DNA of 64,000 nt from Nitrospinaceae bacterium. Its GTDB lineage: Bacteria; Nitrospinota; Nitrospinia; Nitrospinales; VA-1. Under the pieces are notes generated by a model that ran no database searches, was not told the DNA's origin, and saw nothing but the letters and a program-made list of their open reading frames with translations. A program made the translations under genes and the position numbers. Positions within the stretch are counted from its first letter, which is position 1. The number at the start of each line of letters is the position of its first letter. Location: contig JAJDAZ010000039.1 in the NCBI GenBank assembly GCA_029261595.1, positions 21,861 to 85,860 of the forward strand, written 5' to 3'. Below, piece after piece: positions 18,785 through 25,863 of the stretch.

Positions 18785-19855
18785 TCACCTCTGCTGCACA
18801 GGAAGAAATAGCTGGACCGTCGTTCCAAGCCTTTCCTCGGAGGTGATTTTGATTTTCCCCCCATGGTTTTCAACGATTTTCAGGGAAATGGGCAGTCCCA
18901 GTCCACTGCCTTTGCTTTTGGTGGTGAACAGGGGAGTGAACAGATTTTTCATGGCGGATTCGCTGATGCCCGCTCCCGAATCAACAATCTCCACGACGAT
19001 ACTTTGCCCAGGGTTCGCGGTGTGGGAGGTTTTGATGCTATAGCCCGTACTGACACGCGTGACCAACTGGATTTTTTCATTCTCGGAAGAAGCTTCGATG
19101 GCGTTTCTGATCAGGTTGGAAAAAACCTGTTTGAGCTGGTCTTCATCCGCCTGGATGGGGGGAAGGCTGGGATCATAAACTTGTTCCAGGCGGATATTTT
19201 TTTGCGCCATGACCTCCTGCTCCAGCAGGGTGATGTCTTTTAAAACTTTATGGATATTTGTTTCCTTAATGTTCAATTCCCTGGGCCGGGTGAAATCCAT
19301 CATCCGTTCGATCAATCGGTTGATCCGGTCCACCTCGGAAATGACCACATCGAGGTATTCCTGTTGCTCCGGGTTTTCCAGTTCCTGTCTGAGCAGTTGC
19401 GCCGATGCGCGGATACCGCCCAGCGGATTCCTTATCTCATGCGCCATCCCCAGAGTCAGGGATTCCATATGGGACAAGTTGTCGAGGGTGCGGGAAAACT
19501 CCTGCAGTTCCTTTAACCGGCTCATATCCTTGACCAGGAGGACCGCTCCCTGGATCTGTCCGTCCTGATCCAGAAACGGGGAAAGGGTCAGGCTGACGGG
19601 GAAAGGCGTCGCCGTGCTTTTCTGGAACCCTTCGCATTCGATATCGCGATAGGAGATGCCCGTCTCGAGCACGCTCTCGACTTTGTTCAGGAGGTCCTGT
19701 TGTACGGGGAAAAGTTCGGACAAAGTGCGACCCTCAAAAAAATCCTTTGACCGGCGAAACATTTCCTCCACAGCCGGATTGCTTTTTTGAATGGTCAAGT
19801 CCCTGGAAACCAGTAGAACGCCATCGATGAGAGAGGAGAAAATATTTTGCAACAA
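18785..19855 (-). CDS. ntrB: Nitrogen-regulation sensor histidine kinase, NtrB family
   Basis: Start moved to TTG at 19855 (GAGGAGG SD 8 nt upstream). The ORF-track N-terminal extension is low-complexity and overlaps the FmdB gene. PAS N-terminus LLQNIFSSLIDGVLLV and H-box MAHEIRNPLGGIRASAQLL are NtrB-like. Confidence 0.85.
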   Translation of the reverse strand: MLQNIFSSLIDGVLLVSRDLTIQKSNPAVEEMFRRSKDFFEGRTLSELFPVQQDLLNKVESVLETGISYRDIECEGFQKSTATPFPVSLTLSPFLDQDGQIQGAVLLVKDMSRLKELQEFSRTLDNLSHMESLTLGMAHEIRNPLGGIRASAQLLRQELENPEQQEYLDVVISEVDRINRLIERMMDFTRPRELNIKETNIHKVLKDITLLEQEVMAQKNIRLEQVYDPSLPPIQADEDQLKQVFSNLIRNAIEASSENEKIQLVTRVSTGYSIKTSHTANPGQSIVVEIVDSGAGISESAMKNLFTPLFTTKSKGSGLGLPISLKIVENHGGKIKITSEERLGTTVQLFLPVQQR

Positions 19856-19886
19856 AACAGGAACCTCCTCTAGGTGGCTGAAAAAA

Positions 19887-20282
19887 TTATTTAGAGGTTT
19901 TAGATTTGTTCTTTTTGCCGCCGGAATAGGGGTTTTTTGCAGTGGATTTTTTGGCCGCCGGTTTCTTTTCAGCGGGTGGCGCTTTGGCTGGCTTGGCTTC
20001 CGTCTTTTTGGGCTCGCTATCGCTTTTTGGAGACGAGGAGTCTCCCGTCTCTGGTTTCGCCTGTTTCTGGTCCTTGTCCCAACCCTGTTTTCTAGAATCC
20101 GAAGGGTAGTCGTTGGCGTACCAGCCACCGCCTTTGAGAATGAATCCTCCGGCGGAGACCAGTCGGCGGACTTTGCCGGTGCAACCATTTTCATTGTGTT
20201 TCTTCAGCGGCTTGGCGGAAATCGGCTGGATCACTTCAAAAGTAGAGCCGCATTTTTCACATTCGTATTCGTAAATAGGCAT
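19887..20282 (-). CDS. FmdB-family zinc-ribbon protein with a Lys/Pro/Ala-rich tail
   Basis: N-terminus MPIYEYECEKCG...GCTGKVRRL (CxxC...C ribbon) followed by a low-complexity basic tail. Confidence 0.8.
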   Translation of the reverse strand: MPIYEYECEKCGSTFEVIQPISAKPLKKHNENGCTGKVRRLVSAGGFILKGGGWYANDYPSDSRKQGWDKDQKQAKPETGDSSSPKSDSEPKKTEAKPAKAPPAEKKPAAKKSTAKNPYSGGKKNKSKTSK

Positions 20283-20409
20283 TTATTCCTGACTCCTAGG
20301 CAGAGACAATATTACAGGTTCATCTTAGAGGATAAAATCCAAATGGGGAAATAGCAAGATTCCCGGTGAATTTAGATGAAAAATTCTGTCTGACGGAACG
20401 GGGGGAGGG

Positions 20410-21339
20410 TCAAACCTCCGTCAGCCAGTGGTTGAATTTAGGATTATTGCCCCGGACGATGTCAAAATAGGTTTTTTGAACCCGATCGGTGATGGGCCCT
20501 TTTATCCCCGATCCGATGACCCGGTTGTCCACCTCGCGCACCGGGGTGATTTCCGCCGCCGTGCCGGTCAGAAAAATTTCGTCCGCAATATAAAGTTCAT
20601 CCCGGGTGAGGTTGCGCTCTTCCAGGGGAATATTGAGATCCTTGCAGATTTCAAAAACCGCATCGCGCGTGATGCCTTCCAGGTTGGAGCAAGAGAGAGA
20701 AGGCGTTATGAGCTTTCCTTTATAGAGGACAAAAATATTCTCCCCCGACCCCTCCGAGACAAAGCCGTTGGGGTCCAGAAGAATGGCTTCGTCGTAACCG
20801 TCCTGAACCGCCTCCGCCTTGGCCATGATGGAGTTGATGTAATGCCCGCAGGCTTTGGCCCGGGTCATGGACACGTTGATATGGTGGCGGGTGAAGGAGG
20901 AAATGCGCACACGGATGCCCGTGTTGATGCCATCGTCGCCGAGATAGGCGCCCCACGGCCAGGCCGCAATGGCCACCCGGATATTCACGCCTTCTGGATT
21001 CAGCCCCATTTTATTGTGCCCAAGAAAGGCGATGGGGCGGATATAGCATTCCTCCAGCTGATTTTCCCGAACCACTTCGAGGATGGTAGAAAATATTTCT
21101 TCATTAGAATAAGGGATTTTGATCCCCAGTATGATAGCGGAACTAAACAGGCGATCGACATGCTCCTTGAGACGGAAAATGATGGATTTTTTGTCGGTCG
21201 TCTGATAACAGCGGATACCTTCAAAGACGCCGAATCCATAATGCAGGGTGTGGGTCAGAACATGGACATTGGCCTCGTGCCAGGGGACCATTTCGCCGTC
21301 CAGCCAGATTTTTTCAGATTTTTCCAATGTAAACCTCAA
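20410..21339 (-). CDS. ilvE: Branched-chain amino acid aminotransferase
   Basis: 309 aa of class IV aminotransferase (HYGFGVFEGIRCY, EGSGENIF, LTGTAAEITPV). Confidence 0.9.
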   Translation of the reverse strand: MRFTLEKSEKIWLDGEMVPWHEANVHVLTHTLHYGFGVFEGIRCYQTTDKKSIIFRLKEHVDRLFSSAIILGIKIPYSNEEIFSTILEVVRENQLEECYIRPIAFLGHNKMGLNPEGVNIRVAIAAWPWGAYLGDDGINTGIRVRISSFTRHHINVSMTRAKACGHYINSIMAKAEAVQDGYDEAILLDPNGFVSEGSGENIFVLYKGKLITPSLSCSNLEGITRDAVFEICKDLNIPLEERNLTRDELYIADEIFLTGTAAEITPVREVDNRVIGSGIKGPITDRVQKTYFDIVRGNNPKFNHWLTEV

Positions 21340-21409
21340 CAGGTGTGGTTAGCGTGTTAAGGTAAGATATTATTGGCCCTTAGGGATAAAATCAAGGCAA
21401 ATAAAAACA

Positions 21410-21438
21410 TTGACATGGTAATATAGGTTTGTTAGCTT
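21410..21438 (+). promoter_or_regulatory. Candidate sigma-70 promoter for the tRNA-Lys/tRNA-Glu pair
   Basis: TTGACA (21410-21415), 17 nt spacer, TAGCTT (21433-21438). Lies 16 nt upstream of tRNA-Lys. Confidence 0.5.
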
Positions 21439-21453
21439 TCTGCTTCCAATCGA

Positions 21454-21526
21454 GGGCCGCTAGCTCAGTTGGTAGAGCACCTGCCTTTTAAGCAGGTGGT
21501 CGAAGGTTCGATCCCTTCGCGGCTCA
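21454..21526 (+). tRNA. tRNA-Lys (anticodon UUU)
   Basis: Hand-folded cloverleaf: acceptor GGGCCGC/GCGGCTC, D arm GCTC..GAGC, anticodon stem CCTGC/GCAGG with loop CTTTTAA, T arm GAAGG-TTCGATC-CCTTC. Confidence 0.95.
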
Positions 21527-21563
21527 CTTTTCTATTTTGTCTGAAGTTGAGGAAACTCAAAAC

Positions 21564-21641
21564 GTCCCCATCGTCTAGCCTGGCCCAGGACACCGGCCTT
21601 TCACGCCGGCGACGCGAGTTCAAATCTCGCTGGGGACGCCA
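21564..21641 (+). tRNA. tRNA-Glu (anticodon UUC), CCA encoded
   Basis: Acceptor GTCCCCA/TGGGGAC, anticodon stem CCGGC/GCCGG with loop CTTTCAC, T arm GCGAG-TTCAAAT-CTCGC, then G-CCA. Confidence 0.95.
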
Positions 21642-21664
21642 ATTTTATATTTTCAGCAGAATTT

Positions 21665-21697
21665 AAGCCCATTTTCTTTTTGAGAATGGGCTTTTTT
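21665..21697 (+). terminator. Rho-independent terminator after the tRNA pair
   Basis: Stem AAGCCCATT..TC / GA..AATGGGCTT followed by a T6 run. Confidence 0.8.
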
Positions 21698-21733
21698 CGT
21701 ACTGGAAACTTTTGACCGTATTTCCTAAATACC

Positions 21734-22181
21734 TCCAATCTGTATTATAATAGTCCCAAGGCAATCATTGCAGAGGATGGTTATGAGCGAAGAAAGCAAC
21801 CACGAGGAAGTCCCCACCTATATCGTTGAAAAAAATAATCAATATTCGGTTGAATGCCAGATCCAGAGAGCACAAAACTGCCATAAGAAGGGTGAGTTTT
21901 GCGACAGCTACCAGGAAGCTCGGGAATGGGTGGAGGAGGAATGCTGGATATTTTCCGGGGAAGGTTGGATCTGCGTTACCTGCACCGAATACATCGTGAT
22001 GAATCTTGCAAAAACACGGAAACGAAAAGGGCCTGATCGAAGGGATGACGATCTGGAAGTGGGCATTGATACGGTCAGGTAGCATGAAAATTAAATGACA
22101 CCCACCCAGCACTTTCCGCTCCATCAAGAGTTAACCTGAAGGCATCCCTGAATCGCCTCCTTGGGCTGTAACAAACTTTCA
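21734..22181 (+). repeat. Repeat unit A (~445 bp; promoter, small 6-Cys gene and a truncated copy of the LuxR-type gene 3' end)
   Basis: Colinear with 23441-23885 at roughly 70-75 percent identity by eye. Shared strings include attataat, tatatcg..aaaaataatcaatattcggt, and ggtggaggaggaatgctggatattttccggggaaggttggat. Confidence 0.8.
21783..22082 (+). CDS. Small 6-Cys protein, unknown family (copy A)
   Basis: ATG at 21783 with a GAGGA SD 5 nt upstream, conserved with copy B. Peptide MSEESNHEEVPTYIVEKNNQYSVECQ...EECWIFSGEGWICVTC. Differences between the copies are enriched at third codon positions of this frame. Confidence 0.65.
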   Translation: MSEESNHEEVPTYIVEKNNQYSVECQIQRAQNCHKKGEFCDSYQEAREWVEEECWIFSGEGWICVTCTEYIVMNLAKTRKRKGPDRRDDDLEVGIDTVR

Positions 22182-22233
22182 AGGACACCGGCCATTCCTG
22201 CTGACCACTCGAGATTAATTCTCGCTGGGAGCG
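22182..22233 (+). pseudogene. Degenerate partial copy of tRNA-Glu (positions 24-75, 3' two-thirds)
   Basis: Ungapped alignment to 21587-21638 gives 40/52 identities. This includes 12/12 (aggacaccggcc) and 10/10 (tctcgctggg) at identical 26-nt spacing. Confidence 0.75.
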
Positions 22234-22258
22234 TATTTTCCTTTCTTGTTATCAGAAT

Positions 22259-22276
22259 AAGAAACTTTAGTTTCTT
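22259..22276 (-). terminator. Hairpin downstream of the EEP gene (terminator-like)
   Basis: AAGAAAC-tnna-GTTTCTT 7-bp stem, 12 nt after the EEP stop. Overlaps an 11-bp direct repeat, tttcttgttat, at 22242-22252 and 22271-22281. Confidence 0.45.
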
Positions 22277-22287
22277 GTTATATCCTC

Positions 22288-23256
22288 TTAAACAAAAGAT
22301 GATTTGATGATGCCGTGATCCGTGGTGTGGGTCTTATTGTCCCCTATATGGTCATTCCAAATGCTGGTGTTTTTATGTGCCCAGAGGGCATCCGAGGAGT
22401 GTTCAAAGAATTCTTCTGATACCAGTATGTGGTCCAGCACGCCTTTATGGTTTTTGAATTCGTGCGTGAAATAAACATCCCTAAACGACTTGAGTTGTTG
22501 AAGGAACAACGTGTTGTAGAGCGATTTGTCTCCGCCACTCGAACGCTTGGTCATCGTGGGTTGGTCGGTCAACAAGTTCACGGTGTTACTTAATGGGTCA
22601 TCGTTTAAGTCGCCAATAACAACCGTCGGCGTGCCCCCTCCTTTCATATGATCAATCAGTGTCATTCTAAGCGCAGTTGCTTCCGCAGTCCGCCGGATGG
22701 TAGAAATCGCACTACCGACTGTGGGGCGGTACTTTTTGGTAATTTTTGAAGGGCTGGAAGGTAGCTTGGATTTTAGATGGCAGGCAAAAACTGTGATTTT
22801 AGGGGTGGTTGTGGAAGTTTTGTGTTTAATTCGCAATTTAATGACGCTACGTGAGAACTTATTTATTGATACTTTGACTTCGTCGTCCTCGCCATCGTTC
22901 TCATCGACTTTTAGCAACTCCTTAAATGGAAATTTTTTGATAATTTTTTTGCTGCCTGATACGATCCACGGTTTTCGGACAATCATAGCGACGGCAATAT
23001 TGTACCAAGACTCTTTTATGTAGATTGGGTGGTAATCAGAGAATTCGGGTGCTGACAAGACGTCATCCAGACAGTCCTTATGCCATAATTCCTGAAAGAC
23101 AACGACATCGGCATCAAGCTCACTTAGCATATCCCGCGTCCAATTTCTTTTTCTTTCGTATTCCTTTTTAGAAACAGGTTTATTCCCATAAGTGGTTAAA
23201 CCGGTTTTTTGGAAATTGTATAAATTAAATGAAGCAAAACTAATTTTAGCTGGCAT
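22288..23256 (-). CDS. Endonuclease/exonuclease/phosphatase (EEP, DNase I-like fold) family protein
   Basis: ATG at 23256 with a GGAGGA SD; the ORF-track TTG start lies inside that SD. Has the N-terminal SFASFNLYNF, VVVFQELW, and C-terminal LDHILVS and TDHG strings typical of EEP enzymes. Visibly more AT-rich than the neighbouring genes. Confidence 0.8.
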   Translation of the reverse strand: MPAKISFASFNLYNFQKTGLTTYGNKPVSKKEYERKRNWTRDMLSELDADVVVFQELWHKDCLDDVLSAPEFSDYHPIYIKESWYNIAVAMIVRKPWIVSGSKKIIKKFPFKELLKVDENDGEDDEVKVSINKFSRSVIKLRIKHKTSTTTPKITVFACHLKSKLPSSPSKITKKYRPTVGSAISTIRRTAEATALRMTLIDHMKGGGTPTVVIGDLNDDPLSNTVNLLTDQPTMTKRSSGGDKSLYNTLFLQQLKSFRDVYFTHEFKNHKGVLDHILVSEEFFEHSSDALWAHKNTSIWNDHIGDNKTHTTDHGIIKSSFV

Positions 23257-23440
23257 GATGGCTGTCCTCCGCAAGATTGAGAATGAGATGGGTAGGTTGA
23301 AGAGTCACAAAGTATCCGTTTTGGAGTCGTAATAAACTATACCTCAAAATAATTCGATTATGGAAATTTGATAACGTTTTGTAGTCATTGGGAAGGTGAT
23401 GTGCATAATTTCATCCTATTTTCACCAATTTTCTAATTAT

Positions 23441-23885
23441 TCCAAACCTGGATTATAATGATATCCGAAAGAGCAACGAATGGCAGAGGGTGGCAATGAG
23501 TGAAGAGAACAATTCCGGGAAAATACCCACTTATATCGTAATAAAAAATAATCAATATTCGGTGGAGTGCCAGATCAAAAGAGCAAACGACTGCCAGGAG
23601 ATCAGTGCATTTTGCGAGAGCCATGAAGAAGCTCTGGAAAGGGTGGAGGAGGAATGCTGGATATTTTCCGGGGAAGGTTGGATATGCTTTTCTTGCGTTG
23701 AAGCCATATGGAAAAAGGTCGTAGATAAGCGGCAAGAAAAAGAGGACCGATGGAAGGAAGGATGATCTGGAAGTGGGTATTGAGAAGTTCAGGCAGTCTG
23801 AAATGTATAAAAGCTTTCCCCCGTGTTTTCCTCGCCTCAAGCTTTTCCTAATTTGCCTCTTTAGGCGGTAACAAATCTTCCAGGA
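23441..23885 (+). repeat. Repeat unit B (promoter, small 6-Cys gene, and the 3' end of the intact LuxR-type gene)
   Basis: Partner of 21734-22181; see unit A. Confidence 0.8.
23496..23765 (+). CDS. Small 6-Cys protein, unknown family (copy B)
   Basis: ATG at 23496 with a GAGGG SD 5 nt upstream. Peptide MSEENNSGKIPTYIVIKNNQYSVECQ...EECWIFSGEGWICFSC. The C-terminal tail differs from copy A through an indel/frameshift. Confidence 0.65.
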   Translation: MSEENNSGKIPTYIVIKNNQYSVECQIKRANDCQEISAFCESHEEALERVEEECWIFSGEGWICFSCVEAIWKKVVDKRQEKEDRWKEG

Positions 23886-24369
23886 AGAAGGCCGCAAGTT
23901 CCGACCGGCTGGCCAACCTTGTTTTTTGGTAGATCGACTGCGATTGTTGCTGGACGGTTTTGATTTTGGTCGTGCGAACGTCGGCGATCTCCTGCAGGGA
24001 AAATCCTTTCAACAATAAAAACCCCACCTCGGTTTCCGCTTTAGTCAACTTCCATTTACCAAACTGCTCTTCGATCTTGACCGATAGCCCCGCCAGCAAT
24101 TGATGGGTTTCATTTTTCCATTGCTCCTTCTCTTGATGCAGTTTTTCCATATCGCCTTGCAGGGACGCGATCTCTTTTTTTGCAACAGTCAATCGCTTCA
24201 CGGCCAATACAAAAAATGTTCCGCTGGTGGCTAGTAGCATTCCTTCCAATAGGAGATGCGCTCCCGAACTGCCGCTTTGATAATCGGTGATGAGGTCCAG
24301 CCCGACCAGCAACGCAAACGAACCCGACAATACCAGAACGATTAAATTGTCTCTTGGACTATCCTCCAT
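23848..24369 (-). CDS. Membrane-anchored LuxR/GerE-type HTH regulator
   Basis: Two N-terminal hydrophobic helices, a coiled-coil (KKEIASLQGDMEKLHQEKEQWKNE) and a C-terminal GerE HTH (LTKAETEVGFLLLKGFSLQEIADVRTTKIKTVQQQSQSIYQK). Confidence 0.8.
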   Translation of the reverse strand: MEDSPRDNLIVLVLSGSFALLVGLDLITDYQSGSSGAHLLLEGMLLATSGTFFVLAVKRLTVAKKEIASLQGDMEKLHQEKEQWKNETHQLLAGLSVKIEEQFGKWKLTKAETEVGFLLLKGFSLQEIADVRTTKIKTVQQQSQSIYQKTRLASRSELAAFFLEDLLPPKEAN

Positions 24370-24493
24370 TTGACCTACGGTCCTTCCATCTAATTATAAA
24401 ATAAAGCGTTTTCCATGATCCATAGTCCGGATAGAACTTTTTTACCTCCTGCCCGAAACTAGTCGCAAATAACAATTTGCCAAGGAGGTTACC

Positions 24494-25042
24494 ATGTTTG
24501 ATTTGCCGTTGCATCCCATCGCCGCCCACTTTCCCATCGTTTTGGGAGTGATCTTGCCCGTTTTAGCGCTTCTGATGTGGTGGGCCATCAAGAAGGAATA
24601 TTTACAACAGAAGGCCTGGATTTTGGTCGTCTTTCTTGCCCTGGCTTATGGCGTTTCATCATTTGTTGCCGTGGAACTTGGGGAAAAGGACGAGGACAAA
24701 GTAGAAAAGGTGGTGTCCGAAAAGGTCATCGAAGAGCATGAAGAAGCGGGGGAGTTGATTCCCTGGGTCGCGTCCGGGTTGTTTCTGATTTCCCTGGCAG
24801 GATTTGTCCCGAAAAAATCCCAGCATTTTCGCCTGGCCCTGGTCGTTTTGAGTTTGGCGGCGATCATCCCCCTGGCCAATACCGGGCATACGGGCGGAAA
24901 GCTGGTTTATCAATATGGCGCGGCCAATGCCCATCTTTCCAAGGAATACAAAGCCCTGGTCGGATCGGGAACATTTTATGCCGAACATGCCAAAGCCGAT
25001 GATCCTGAAAACCAGGATGAAGAGGATGATGATCATCATTAA
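24494..25042 (+). CDS. DUF2231-like integral membrane protein with an acidic C-terminus
   Basis: LHPIAAHFPIVLGV start and TGHTGGKLVYQYG near the end are typical of DUF2231. Four hydrophobic segments. Confidence 0.65.
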   Translation: MFDLPLHPIAAHFPIVLGVILPVLALLMWWAIKKEYLQQKAWILVVFLALAYGVSSFVAVELGEKDEDKVEKVVSEKVIEEHEEAGELIPWVASGLFLISLAGFVPKKSQHFRLALVVLSLAAIIPLANTGHTGGKLVYQYGAANAHLSKEYKALVGSGTFYAEHAKADDPENQDEEDDDHH

Positions 25043-25128
25043 CCCAACAAAACCCTCCCTCATCCCCTCATTAATGGATGGGGGAGGGGTATGTCTATTC
25101 AGAAAATCCCCGGAGGGCAAAGTATTTC

Positions 25129-25169
25129 TTGACTGAATAATAAATATTTTATATTATATTTATTATTCA
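25129..25169 (+). promoter_or_regulatory. Promoter with an embedded 14-bp perfect inverted repeat (candidate TetR operator)
   Basis: TTGACT (25129-25134), 17 nt spacer, TATTAT (25152-25157). Inverted repeat TGAATAATAAATAT (25134-25147) / ATATTTATTATTCA (25156-25169). Lies 17 nt upstream of the tetR ATG. Confidence 0.65.
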
Positions 25170-25185
25170 CTAAATCGACCGGCTC

Positions 25186-25785
25186 ATGAAAATACTCGAA
25201 CAAACCTCAGAAGAAATTAAAAGCCAGATTCTGGACGCGGCCTTCGAACGCTTTGGCCGTTATGGGTTCGGCAAAACCACGATGGCCGAAATCGCCAAAG
25301 ACTGTGATATGTCAGCGGGGAACCTGTACCGTTATTACACCAACAAAAAAGAAATCGCCGCAGACTGCGCCGGGCGGTGCATGAAAAATGCCGAGCAACT
25401 ATGGCGGGAGATCCTGAAACAGCCCGACTTGTCTCCGCAAAATCGTCTCACAGCCATTGTGCTGGAGAAGCTCAATTACCTGCATCAGCAGTTCTCGGAC
25501 CATCCCCCGCTTTTCGAGCTGGTCATGTATATCAGCGGCGAACGTCAGGACCTGGTCGCCGACCATCTGGGAACACTGCAATCGCTGGTGGCGGAAATTC
25601 TCGCAGAAGGGAATCGAACGGGAGATTTCAACGTTCCCGATGTTCTGGGGACGGCCAAGGCTTTTCTGGCGGCAACCACGAAATTCAACACACCGCATTT
25701 CATGGGTACTTTTGAGCTGAAAGAATTGGAAAATGAAGCCAGGGAAGTGGTGCAATTACTGATTCAGGGGTTGGCCAGACGTTGA
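25186..25785 (+). CDS. TetR/AcrR family transcriptional regulator
   Basis: N-terminal HTH FERFGRYGFGKTTMAEIAKDCDMSAGNLYRYY. Confidence 0.9.
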   Translation: MKILEQTSEEIKSQILDAAFERFGRYGFGKTTMAEIAKDCDMSAGNLYRYYTNKKEIAADCAGRCMKNAEQLWREILKQPDLSPQNRLTAIVLEKLNYLHQQFSDHPPLFELVMYISGERQDLVADHLGTLQSLVAEILAEGNRTGDFNVPDVLGTAKAFLAATTKFNTPHFMGTFELKELENEAREVVQLLIQGLARR

Positions 25786-25863
25786 TTTTTTTTGTTTGAC
25801 GGGCTGAATATTTTACAAATTATTTAATATTTTCAAATACTTCAGGGGATCATAGCGCACACA

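Noticed and set aside
19856-20194. Long N-terminal extension of the histidine-kinase ORF (track: 18785-20194, 469 aa)
   Set aside because: The extension is low-complexity (R/K/P-rich). It overlaps, in another frame, the well-formed FmdB zinc-ribbon gene (19887-20282). A TTG with a GAGGAGG SD at 19855 gives an NtrB-like N-terminus.
20428-21360. 310-aa plus-strand ORF
   Set aside because: Fully antisense to ilvE, with no motifs. This is a typical shadow ORF of a GC-biased gene. The same reasoning applies to 45700-46731 (antisense to leuC/leuD), 44375-45127 (antisense to the FGE gene), 26995-27915 (antisense to the RND gene), 3898-4671 (antisense to gnd/zwf) and 13364-13942 (antisense to miaA).
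21765-22127. 120-aa and 154-aa minus-strand ORFs (21765-22127 and 23433-23897), antisense to the small 6-Cys genes and also conserved between the two repeat units
   Set aside because: Differences between the copies fall mainly on third positions of the plus-strand frame. The plus-strand ORFs have conserved SD and ATG. The minus ORFs have no conserved start and run across the promoter region.
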